64,000 nucleotides of DNA from Anaerolineae bacterium (lineage in GTDB: Bacteria > Chloroflexota > Anaerolineae > UBA1429): assembly GCA_050949345.1 (NCBI GenBank), contig JBMNFN010000001.1:1571602-1635601 (forward strand). Direction: 5' to 3'. The position numbers and the translations under genes are program-made. Below the pieces are notes generated by a model. The model had not been told where the DNA came from and did not search any database. It worked only from the letters and a program-made list of their open reading frames with translations. Of the stretch, positions 9,878 through 18,703 are shown piece by piece (the first letter of the stretch is position 1; every line of letters starts with the position of its first letter).

Positions 9878-10818
9878 GCGACGAGCCAGCCCCTGCCACA
9901 GAGCAGGATCTGACGGCACCACCGGTGGCAGGGGCCAACACCGCTGAACGGCTGGAGCCCTCTGCTGACGATCCTACCCAGCAGGTGGGCGTGGGAGAGC
10001 CCTTTCAAATCCGCCGCCTGCCCGCCCCCTCGGACCGCATGTCGCGGCGCACTTCTGGCCGGCGCAGCTATACCATCAGCAAACGCAAACGGGGCCGGTA
10101 TGTGCGCGCCCGGGATGCACAGGGCCAGTACGATGATATCGCCATCGATGCCACCGTGCGCCAGGCGGCACCCCACCAGCTGGAGCGAGACCATGCCGGG
10201 ACCACCCTGGCCATCCGCGATGAGGACCTGCAACGCAAAGTGCGCGTACACAAGACGGGCAACCTGGTGGTCTTTGCAGTAGACGCCAGCTGGTCCATGG
10301 CCGCCGCCGAACGCATGCTGGCAACCAAAGGCGCCATTATGTCCTTGCTGGTGGACGCCTACCAAAAGCGTGACATGGTGGCCATGGTGTCCTTTCAGAA
10401 GGATCGCGCCTATCTGGTACTGCCCCCCACCTCCAGTGTAGAGCGGGCCAACAGCGCCCTGCAAGAGATCCCCGTAGGCGGCAAGACGCCCCTCGCCGCC
10501 GGGCTGTTGCTGTCCTACCAGGTGATCGAGCGTGAACTGAATCAAAACCCCGAGATTGCCCCGCTGCTGATCCTGCTCACCGATGGAGCCGGCAACGTCT
10601 CCCTCACGGGTGCGCCTCCCCGTGACGAGGCGCTGATGATCGCGGACATGTTCCACGACAAGCAGTTCCGCTCGGTGGTGATCAACACCGAACACGAATC
10701 CCTGGATCGCGGGCTCGCCCGAGAGCTGGCGGACCGGCTGGCCGGTCCCTGCTATTCGCTGGCGGACATTCGGGCGGACAATTTGTACGAGACGGTACGA
10801 CAGGAACTGGACCGATGA
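9856..10818 (+). CDS. Acidic/Pro linker plus vWA (integrin I) domain, C-terminal half of ChlD/BchD-like subunit (-1 frame)
   Basis: DIAIDATVR, MIDAS VDASWSM, DAYQKRD, GGKTPL, LTDG; no good RBS before the nominal GTG at 9925. Confidence 0.85.
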   Translation, partial: KKTDSDLSDEPAPATEQDLTAPPVAGANTAERLEPSADDPTQQVGVGEPFQIRRLPAPSDRMSRRTSGRRSYTISKRKRGRYVRARDAQGQYDDIAIDATVRQAAPHQLERDHAGTTLAIRDEDLQRKVRVHKTGNLVVFAVDASWSMAAAERMLATKGAIMSLLVDAYQKRDMVAMVSFQKDRAYLVLPPTSSVERANSALQEIPVGGKTPLAAGLLLSYQVIERELNQNPEIAPLLILLTDGAGNVSLTGAPPRDEALMIADMFHDKQFRSVVINTEHESLDRGLARELADRLAGPCYSLADIRADNLYETVRQELDR

Positions 10819-12272
10819 CGGACTCCTCCCTCCGCAAAGGGCGCCGTCAACAGTATGCGGCCGATGGCCTGCTGCTGCTGGTAACCGCCGTCTGGGGCGG
10901 CACCTTTGTGATGGTCAAGGATGCCGTCCAGGGATATCCGGTCTTTGCCTTTCTGGCGCTGCGCTTTGCGATCGGCCTGGCAGTGCTGTTGCTGATAGGG
11001 GGACGGCGTTTGCGGAACCTCTCGCGCGCCAACCTGGGCGCCGGCGCGCTGGCAGGGCTGTTTCTTCTGGCGGGCTATGCCTTTCAGACGCTGGGGCTGC
11101 AGTACACCAGTGCTTCACGGGCCGGCTTTATCACCGGGCTCAGCGTGGTGCTGGTGCCGCTGCTGGCGGCCCTTGTGGTACGAGAAAAGCCGGGCGGCGC
11201 CACCTGGGTCGGGGTGGCGCTGGCTACTGCCGGCCTGGCGTTGTTTACTTCCTCGGGCTCACTGGCCTTGAGCAAAGGGGACCTGTTGGTGCTGCTGGGA
11301 GCATTGGGCTTTGCAGGGCACATCATCACCGTCAGCGTCGCCTCTCCTCAGGCGGATCCCATCGCCCTCACCACGGTGCAACTGGCGGTGGTTGCGCTGG
11401 TCAGCAGCATCATCGCCGCTCTGGCGGACCAGTGGACGAGGCCTGGCCCCTACACCTGGTGGGCTGCGCTGTTCACCGGCGCCTTGGCCACCGCCATCGC
11501 CTTTGCCCTGCAGACCTCCATGCAGCGCTTTACGCCCGCCTCTCACACCGCCCTGATCTTTGCGGCCGAACCGGTATTCGCGGCAGTATTCGGTGTGCTC
11601 TTTGGGGACGATCAACTGACCACACGCCTGGTCACCGGCGGCCTGCTGATCCTTCTGGGTTCGCTGGTCAGCGACATCAGTTGGAGCCAGCGCACCGCCA
11701 CGATCCTCTCGCGCTTTCTGGCGCCTCACTATACCCTGGCCATGGGCCTAGCCCTGTTGGGCTTGAACGACCCCGATGGTTGGCGCCACGGCCTCAAGTG
11801 GGTAGCTTTTATAGGCCTGCTATCCCTGCTTCCCCTATTGGGTGTATTCACGTATGCTCTACGTAACGGCACCATCAGCGACTGGCACATCTCTGACAGA
11901 AAGCAGCGGCTGAAACCGTTGCTGGTTGCAGCGGGTCTACTGTTTGGCAGCCTGCCCGCGGTACTGCTCTACCTCTTTGAGGGGCCGTCCGTTCTCTTTA
12001 CTGCAGCGGTTGCCGCGCTGGGGCTGATCGTCGTCAACTTGATCATCACCGCCTTTTGGAAGATCAGTCAGCATGTGTCCGCTACGGCACTGGTGACAAC
12101 GCTGGTTGCCGCAAACTTGGGGCTTCCCTTGGCCTTGGGCCTCTTGCTCATCCCGTTGGTGGCTTGGGCGCGCATTCGGGTGGCGGCTCACACGCCCCTG
12201 CAGACAGTGGCGGGGGCAGCTACGGGTGCCACAGTGGCACTGATCACGCTGGCGGTGCTCGGCGTTCACTGA
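10815..12272 (+). CDS. EamA/DMT transporter fused to a C-terminal PAP2-like membrane domain
   Basis: WGGTF...GLQYTSASRAGFIT...EPVFA (two EamA repeats), then WKISQH...WARIRVAAHTPLQ. Confidence 0.75.
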   Translation: MTDSSLRKGRRQQYAADGLLLLVTAVWGGTFVMVKDAVQGYPVFAFLALRFAIGLAVLLLIGGRRLRNLSRANLGAGALAGLFLLAGYAFQTLGLQYTSASRAGFITGLSVVLVPLLAALVVREKPGGATWVGVALATAGLALFTSSGSLALSKGDLLVLLGALGFAGHIITVSVASPQADPIALTTVQLAVVALVSSIIAALADQWTRPGPYTWWAALFTGALATAIAFALQTSMQRFTPASHTALIFAAEPVFAAVFGVLFGDDQLTTRLVTGGLLILLGSLVSDISWSQRTATILSRFLAPHYTLAMGLALLGLNDPDGWRHGLKWVAFIGLLSLLPLLGVFTYALRNGTISDWHISDRKQRLKPLLVAAGLLFGSLPAVLLYLFEGPSVLFTAAVAALGLIVVNLIITAFWKISQHVSATALVTTLVAANLGLPLALGLLLIPLVAWARIRVAAHTPLQTVAGAATGATVALITLAVLGVH

Positions 12273-12361
12273 GGTTCAGCCTGAGCGCAGGTGGAACCAC
12301 GATCATTTGGCCGGCGTCCATTGGATGACTCGCCCATCGCTTTATTGTATGGAGGTGAACC

Positions 12362-14032
12362 ATGAAACACCCCGCTACTCCTCTCGCCCTGGCACTGATT
12401 GTCGTGATGCTCTTGGTCATTGCCTTACCGGGCATGGGCCAGCGCGCTGCAGCGGCAGGACCCGCAACGCCTACGGCGGTGCGCAGTCGCACCGTCACAC
12501 CCACTGTGGAGCCGAGCGCCACTGAGCCAGAGGAAGAGGCCGAACCCACCGAAACCCCCACTGATGAACCAACCGCCACACCGGTACCCACCGATGTGCC
12601 CACCGCTACACCAACAGCCACCCAAGGCGAGAGCACAGAAGACGAGGAGGGTATGGACACCATGTTGGAGGCTGGCCCAGCCACACAGCTGGAGCTGACC
12701 ATATACAGCCAGGGACTCGGACTGGTACGCCAGGTCCGATCCGCTGATCTGTCGCGCGGCCTCAACGAGCTCCGCATCAGCGAGATCCCCCGACGGATAC
12801 TGCCGGCCAGCGTGTTCATCACCCCGCTGGACAACCGCTCCGAGACGACACTGATCGAACAGCGGTTTGACTATGACGTGGTGAGCGCCGAGAACCTGTT
12901 AGGGCGTTATGTCGATCAAACGATCACGGTGCTGACAGTGCCAGGAGAGTCCATCACCGGGGTGTTGCTTGCCGCCGCCGATGATCTGGTGATCATGACC
13001 GACTGGGGTATCGAGATTGTTCGTGCACCCCAGGTGCAGCAGATCTCGCTGCCGGCACTGGCACAACCTCCGCTTACACGCCCCACCTTGACGTGGCTGC
13101 TCGATGCCCCCAGAGCCGGTACACACGAGTACCGCCTGTCGTACCTCACCGAGGGGCTCGCATGGCAGGCAGACTATGTCGCCATGCTGCAGGAGGGCGA
13201 ACAAGCTCTTGACCTTCAAAGCTGGGTCAGCATCCGAAATGACAGCGGAGCCCCCTTTGCGGACGCCAAACTCAAGCTCGTGGCTGGCGACCTTCATGTG
13301 GTAGACCAAGCCCCGATGTACGCACCGGCGGCTGCTGCCAGGCCTGAAGCCGAGGCCATGGCGATGGACGCCGACATAGCCCAGCGTGGCTTGATGGACT
13401 ATTACCTGTATGACATCGGACGACCCGTTTCGCTTAGCGATGCCCAGTCCAAGCAGCTCGAGTTCATGAGCGCACAGGACGTTGCCGTCGAGAAGCAGTA
13501 TATCCTGGAGATTACCGGTGCGATCTGGGTACGCCCTGGCGACGCCGTTACCGAGGGCAGTTACTGGGCCAATGACACGGGGGACGTCCGCACGGTGCTG
13601 CAGATCGTTAACGACCAGGAGCACGGGCTGGGCATGCCGCTCCCCAGCGGCACTGTACGCCTGTACAAAGAGGATGTGGACGGCAGTCCGCTCCTGGTGG
13701 GTGAAGACACCATCCGGCACACTCCGGAGGGCGCCGAGCTCGAACTGAACCTGGGTAGCGCCGTGGATCTCGCAGGGGAGCGCAAACAGACACGCTTTCG
13801 CCAGCTGGGCGAACGCTCCTTGGAGGAGACGATCCAGATCACCCTGCGCAACTACTCGGAAGAGGATCGGACGATTCAGGTGATCGAGCATCTCTTCCGG
13901 GCGCGCGATGCCGAGATCAAGGAGGCCTCGGCAGAGTACACCACCGAGGATGCCAACACCATTCGCTTTGCGGTTGATGTCGAGGCGGGCGGAGAGGCCA
14001 CCGTGACGTACACCGTTCTCTATCGCTGGTAA
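12362..14032 (+). CDS. Secreted DUF4139-family protein with Pro/Thr/Glu-rich linker
   Basis: Signal peptide, PT-rich low-complexity segment, LTIYSQGLGLVR, SYLTEGLAWQADY, LGMPLPSGTVRLY. Confidence 0.75.
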   Translation: MKHPATPLALALIVVMLLVIALPGMGQRAAAAGPATPTAVRSRTVTPTVEPSATEPEEEAEPTETPTDEPTATPVPTDVPTATPTATQGESTEDEEGMDTMLEAGPATQLELTIYSQGLGLVRQVRSADLSRGLNELRISEIPRRILPASVFITPLDNRSETTLIEQRFDYDVVSAENLLGRYVDQTITVLTVPGESITGVLLAAADDLVIMTDWGIEIVRAPQVQQISLPALAQPPLTRPTLTWLLDAPRAGTHEYRLSYLTEGLAWQADYVAMLQEGEQALDLQSWVSIRNDSGAPFADAKLKLVAGDLHVVDQAPMYAPAAAARPEAEAMAMDADIAQRGLMDYYLYDIGRPVSLSDAQSKQLEFMSAQDVAVEKQYILEITGAIWVRPGDAVTEGSYWANDTGDVRTVLQIVNDQEHGLGMPLPSGTVRLYKEDVDGSPLLVGEDTIRHTPEGAELELNLGSAVDLAGERKQTRFRQLGERSLEETIQITLRNYSEEDRTIQVIEHLFRARDAEIKEASAEYTTEDANTIRFAVDVEAGGEATVTYTVLYRW

Positions 14033-14045
14033 GCACTGTAACCAA

Positions 14046-14081
14046 AACGGGGGGTGCTCATGGCCATGAGCACCCCCCGTT
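14046..14081. terminator. Perfect 36-bp palindrome between convergent genes, probable terminator hairpin
   Basis: AACGGGGGGTGCTCATGG|CCATGAGCACCCCCCGTT; followed by TT on the minus strand. Confidence 0.75.
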
Positions 14082-14092
14082 CATTTCCAGTC

Positions 14093-15799
14093 CTAGCTGA
14101 GGATGGATCCCCCCACAAACTCGCGCAGCAGCGAGTTGCTCGGCACCAGCGCTGCGTCCAGAGGCTGCACCCAATGCAGCAGATTCAGCAGGCGTTCGGC
14201 CTCTGTAACCTCAGGCTCGGTGTGCGATACCCGTAACAGAAGCCTCTCCACAAAGGGCTTGAGCACAGCGATCTCGTACGCCAACGCCGAATTGAACATG
14301 ACATCGGCGTTCTCCTGATAGGGAAAGATGTAGCGCTCTTCGCCCTGGCGCACGCTGGGCCAACGACGCAAGGTCTCCACGGCCGAGATCCCACGGGTGG
14401 CATCGTCGCGCACCATGCGGCGGAGCAGGCGGTTATCCGTGGTACTGACCCGGTTGTGGCGATCCAGATTGAGCTGCGTCAAGGCTGAAACGTACACGCG
14501 AAAGATGCGTTCCTCGGGGATGCCCACCAACAACTCGGGATTGAGGCCATGAATTCCCTCAATCAGCACCAGCGCACCGGGCGAGAGCTGCACCTCCCGA
14601 TCGGGGATGCCCCGCCCCTCGATAAAGTCAAAGCGTGGGATCGTCACCCTTTCGCCGCGCATCAAGGCCTGCACCTGCTGGTTGAACAGCTCCAGGTTGA
14701 CCGCCTCGAGAGCCTCAAAGTCATAGGTGCCATCGGCGTTGACCGGTGTATCGGCGCGATCCACAAAATAGTCATCCAGGCCCAGCGCCAGCTGCTTGCG
14801 ACTGTTGACCAACAGCTGCACGCCCAGGCGGCGCACAAAAGTACTCTTGCCGGATGAAGAGGGCCCTGCGATCAGCACCACCTGTACCGTGTCGCGGGCG
14901 AGAATGGCATCAGCGATGCGCGAGATCTGCTTTTCCTGCAGCGCCTCAGAAACCAGCACCGCCCGAGCCCCCTCGCCCCGCTGGATGACCTGATTGAGCG
15001 CACCCACATCCTCTATGCCCAGAATATCGAGCCAACTCCCGTACTCGCGAAACACCCCCATGAGCTTGGGATAACGTGTGTGGGACTCGAGCGGCAGCTG
15101 GTGCGCCGGTACCTCTGCCCGCAGGATGAACCCCGGAGGGCTTGATTCCAGCGTCAACGGCCCCAACCGACCGGTAGTGGGCAGCAAGGGACCGTACAGA
15201 CAATCCACGGTACCTCGCAGAGCGTGTACCGTGATCTGTTCCTGCTCGTGGCCGCTCAGCAAGCGTACCTTGTCATCGTATCCCTGGGCTGCAAAGACCT
15301 CCACGGCGCGGGCCACCGGCAGCCTCTCGGCTGAAATCGGCAGATCCTGCTGGATGATCTGCTGCATGCGATCGCTCAGTGCATCCAGCTCCTCCTGGTT
15401 CAGCGTGGGGCGGCCGGTCACTTTACAAAAAAAGCCATCCAGCGTCACCGAGTGGTCGATGGTGGTGCGCGCCTCGGGATACAACTCACGCATCGCCACG
15501 AGCAAGACCAGGTGCGCAGTGCGCTGATAGATACGCAGCCCATTGCTGGTAAAAGTCGTGATCGGAGACACCTCCGTATCGCGCACAATGGGCTTGCCCA
15601 GCTCGACGATGTGCCCGTCGATCAGTCCCGCCACAATTTCTCTATTACCCGGCGCAGCCGCCTCGGTAAAGTCTTTCAACGGTGTGCCTACGGGTCCTCC
15701 AAAGGTGCGCCCATCGGGGAACCGAACATGCACATCGCTGCGAGGCTGGACTGCCGAGACGGGCAGCGCATGGACCGGCAAAGCTGAACAGCCCGTCAT
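14093..15799 (-). CDS. Uridine kinase/PRK-family nucleoside kinase with N-terminal ThrRS-like (TGS/editing) domain
   Basis: IAGPSSSGKST, LDDYF, IEGIHGLN, RRMVRD, FPYQENAD; N-terminal GLRIYQRT resembles ThrRS N1/N2. Confidence 0.85.
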   Translation of the reverse strand: MTGCSALPVHALPVSAVQPRSDVHVRFPDGRTFGGPVGTPLKDFTEAAAPGNREIVAGLIDGHIVELGKPIVRDTEVSPITTFTSNGLRIYQRTAHLVLLVAMRELYPEARTTIDHSVTLDGFFCKVTGRPTLNQEELDALSDRMQQIIQQDLPISAERLPVARAVEVFAAQGYDDKVRLLSGHEQEQITVHALRGTVDCLYGPLLPTTGRLGPLTLESSPPGFILRAEVPAHQLPLESHTRYPKLMGVFREYGSWLDILGIEDVGALNQVIQRGEGARAVLVSEALQEKQISRIADAILARDTVQVVLIAGPSSSGKSTFVRRLGVQLLVNSRKQLALGLDDYFVDRADTPVNADGTYDFEALEAVNLELFNQQVQALMRGERVTIPRFDFIEGRGIPDREVQLSPGALVLIEGIHGLNPELLVGIPEERIFRVYVSALTQLNLDRHNRVSTTDNRLLRRMVRDDATRGISAVETLRRWPSVRQGEERYIFPYQENADVMFNSALAYEIAVLKPFVERLLLRVSHTEPEVTEAERLLNLLHWVQPLDAALVPSNSLLREFVGGSILS

Positions 15800-16446
15800 C
15801 GCGACTGCCCATAGCCCGTCTTGTACTGACGGTGCGCTCTTTCAACCTCCTCCGGAGGAATCTCTTGCAGATCTCCCAGTTGCTGGGCGTAAAACACCGT
15901 GCGGGCCACATCTTCCACCATCACCGCCGCCTTGACCGCGGCCTCGACCGAGGGCCCAATGGTGAACACACCGTGGCTTTCGATCAGGATGGCCGGACTG
16001 GACCCGATCGAACGCACCAGCTCCTCGCCAATGGCCTCACCGCCGATCTGACAGTAGCCTCCAAGTGGGATGGGCCCGCCGAACTCGTCCGCCATGGCCG
16101 TCAGAAACACGGGAATGGGGCGCCTTGCCGCGGCAAAGGCGGTGGCAAAGGTAGAGTGGGTGTGCACCATGCCAAAGACATCAGGACGGTGGCGATAGAC
16201 ATAGAGGTGCGTCGCCGCATCCACCGAGGGCTTGAGAGTGCCTCGGATGACGCGCCCATCCAGGTCGATGATGACCATATCCTCCGGGCGCATGTCCTCG
16301 TAGCGAACGCCACTGGGCTTGATGACCACGTACCCGCTGGCAGGATCACGTCCGCTGACATTTCCGCTGGTCCACGTTACCAACCCCGCCTTGGGGAGCA
16401 TGCAGTTACCTTCATACACCTGCTGACGAAGTGTATCGAGAGACAT
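15796..16446 (-). CDS. araD: L-ribulose-5-phosphate 4-epimerase (class II aldolase family)
   Basis: WTSGNVS, IKPSGV, PSVDAATH, HTHS, SHGVFTIG, C-terminal YGQ. Confidence 0.85.
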   Translation of the reverse strand: MSLDTLRQQVYEGNCMLPKAGLVTWTSGNVSGRDPASGYVVIKPSGVRYEDMRPEDMVIIDLDGRVIRGTLKPSVDAATHLYVYRHRPDVFGMVHTHSTFATAFAAARRPIPVFLTAMADEFGGPIPLGGYCQIGGEAIGEELVRSIGSSPAILIESHGVFTIGPSVEAAVKAAVMVEDVARTVFYAQQLGDLQEIPPEEVERAHRQYKTGYGQSR

Positions 16447-16600
16447 GGAGCCTCCTTTTCTCGCTGTTGAATGCTGATTATCACTGCCGGCTGCCCTCTG
16501 TCAATCAACGCCGGGCAGCCCTTGAATTGCCCGATCCACCGTCGTATAGTCCAAGGGTATGATATGCTTCGCAGGGCAGTTGTGGAAGGAGAGTACAGCC

Positions 16601-17707
16601 ATGACTAACGCAACCGCAGCTCCGGAACGCCGTCGCTTTCCCGCCCCAACGCCAAACGACACCCTAGTGTCGCCAGTAGTGGAGGGGCGCAGTATCACCT
16701 TTCGGCTGTATGCACCCGAGGCGCACACGGTGGCCTTGCGCGGAGACCTGGTGGAAGGAGAGCCCCGAGGGGGTTTTCAGCGGGACCAACAGGGGATCTG
16801 GACGCTGACCCTGCAGGATGTTACCCCGGGTACCTATCGCTATCAGTACGTGGTCGATCAGGCTATTGTGCCCGATCCGCGTAACCCGATGATAAGCCCC
16901 ACGCACACCACGGTGATGAACCTGGTACGGGTAACAGCGCCAGAGACGCTCTCTGAAGATACCACGGACGTGCCTCACGGGAGCATCGCCTCGGTATGGT
17001 ACCCATCCCCCGTTTTTGGTGGCCACCGCCGCATGCAGGTGTACACGCCGCCAAAGACTCTGCGGACCAGCGGCGAGCTGCCGGTCCTTTACCTGCTGCA
17101 TGGTGGTGGCGATTGCGACGCATCCTGGAGCACGGTGGGACGGGCTGGGTTCATCCTGGACAACCTCATTGCCACCGGCAGTGCCGTGCCCATGCTGATT
17201 GTGATGCCTTCGGGCCATGCCCCCGGCCTGCGCACCGGACCAGCGGGCTCGCCGGCCATGACGGCCAACCCCGCCAACGATCCCTTTACAGCCGATCTGC
17301 TGCAAGGGGTGATGCCCTGGGTGGAGGCGAATCTGGGGGCGGCTGCCTGCCCGGAGCGCCGTGCGCTGGCAGGACTATCCATGGGCGGTGTGCAGGCGGG
17401 CAATATCGGCATTGTGCACAGCCATCTCTTCCGTTACCTGGGCATTTTCAGCTCGGGGTGGTTCCCTGAGGTGCGTGCCGAGTTTGAAAGCACCCAGGGT
17501 GAGGCCATGCGCGCTGCGGCAGAGCGCTATCACCTGGTGTGGGTGGCCTGGGGCAGTACCGACATCGCGCGGCCCAATTCGCTGGCCATGCTCGAGATGT
17601 TCGACCGTCACGGCATCCGGTACACTGCCAGGGAGACCGGCGGGGGGCACACCTGGGCCAACTGGCGCGACTATTTGCGCGACATGGCGCCACTGTTGTT
17701 TCGATAG
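16601..17707 (+). CDS. CBM48-like domain plus alpha/beta-hydrolase esterase (CE1-like)
   Basis: FRLYAPEA...YQYVVD...DPRNP, PVLYLLHG, GLSMGG nucleophile, GGHTW; ATG 16601 after AAGGAG. Confidence 0.85.
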   Translation: MTNATAAPERRRFPAPTPNDTLVSPVVEGRSITFRLYAPEAHTVALRGDLVEGEPRGGFQRDQQGIWTLTLQDVTPGTYRYQYVVDQAIVPDPRNPMISPTHTTVMNLVRVTAPETLSEDTTDVPHGSIASVWYPSPVFGGHRRMQVYTPPKTLRTSGELPVLYLLHGGGDCDASWSTVGRAGFILDNLIATGSAVPMLIVMPSGHAPGLRTGPAGSPAMTANPANDPFTADLLQGVMPWVEANLGAAACPERRALAGLSMGGVQAGNIGIVHSHLFRYLGIFSSGWFPEVRAEFESTQGEAMRAAAERYHLVWVAWGSTDIARPNSLAMLEMFDRHGIRYTARETGGGHTWANWRDYLRDMAPLLFR

Positions 17708-17763
17708 CACCCGTGGGGTGGAACAGAGCCAGGCGTAGCTTATTTCACTAGAGGGAGATCACT

Positions 17764-18648
17764 GTGACCGAGATCAAAGGTATTGTCGTTCCGTTGGTTA
17801 CGCCCTTTAACGCGGACGAGAGCGTCGACGAGGGTGCACTGCGCACCATCGTGGACTATCTCATTGAGGCGGGGGTGCATGGCCTGTTTCCCTCCGGGAG
17901 CCAGGGCGAGCTGTACGCCCTGAGCGGTGATGAGAAGAAACGGGTGATGGAGGTCGTCATCGAGCAGGCCAATGGCAGGGCCTTTGTGATGCCCAGCACC
18001 GGCGCTGTCACCACCCGCGAGAGCATCGAATTGACCCAGTATGCTCAAAGCGTCGGGGCGGACGCCGTCTCTGTGATTACGCCGTACTTTATCCAGCCCT
18101 CGGCGGATGAGCAGATCGAGCATATGACGCGCATATCGAATTCGGTATCGATTCCTGTGCTGGCCTACAACAACCCCGGCCGCACACACGTCTCCTTCTC
18201 GCCGGCCATGGCGGCGGCAGTTGCACAGTGCGCCCCAAACTTTGTGGGCATCAAGGATTCCAGCGGGGATCTGACCAACACCTTTGATTACATGCAGCGC
18301 TGCCCCTCGGGCTTTCGCGTTTTTGTGGGCCGCGATACGTTGATCCATGTGGCGCTGTGCGCAGGTTGCGTTGGCGCAGTGGCCGCCACGGCCAACGTGG
18401 CACCCGAGCTGGTGGTGGGCATCTATAACGCTTACCAGCAGGGTGACCTGGCCCTGTCGCTGGAGCTGCAGCACCGCCTGGATCCCCTGCGGCACGCCTT
18501 TAGCCTGGGCTCGTTCCCTGTGGTGGTCAAGGACGCGATGGAGCTGCTGGGGCTGCCCGCCGGCAGGGCCCGTGCACCGATCAAGTCGCTGGAGGGCGCC
18601 CCCCGGGAGCAGCTGATCGCTATCCTCAAGGGGATGGGCAAGCTGTAG
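17764..18648 (+). CDS. Dihydrodipicolinate synthase/NAL-family aldolase
   Basis: LVTPF, GSQGE, ITPYF, YNNPGRT, GIKDSSGD. Confidence 0.85.
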   Translation: MTEIKGIVVPLVTPFNADESVDEGALRTIVDYLIEAGVHGLFPSGSQGELYALSGDEKKRVMEVVIEQANGRAFVMPSTGAVTTRESIELTQYAQSVGADAVSVITPYFIQPSADEQIEHMTRISNSVSIPVLAYNNPGRTHVSFSPAMAAAVAQCAPNFVGIKDSSGDLTNTFDYMQRCPSGFRVFVGRDTLIHVALCAGCVGAVAATANVAPELVVGIYNAYQQGDLALSLELQHRLDPLRHAFSLGSFPVVVKDAMELLGLPAGRARAPIKSLEGAPREQLIAILKGMGKL

Positions 18649-18703
18649 GCAGAGAAACGGTTGCCAGCCCTCCGGCTGGCCTCAGGACAGTGGATGGCGA
18701 GCC

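Noticed and set aside
8789-10818. Photosynthesis (bacteriochlorophyll) gene cluster, or a pseudogene
   Set aside because: No bchH or other bch/puf genes; both halves are intact and the break falls exactly on a slippery tract at the domain boundary
12460-12660. Repeat array in the DUF4139 gene
   Set aside because: Imperfect Pro/Thr/Glu codon repeats of a protein linker, not CRISPR or a DNA-level tandem repeat
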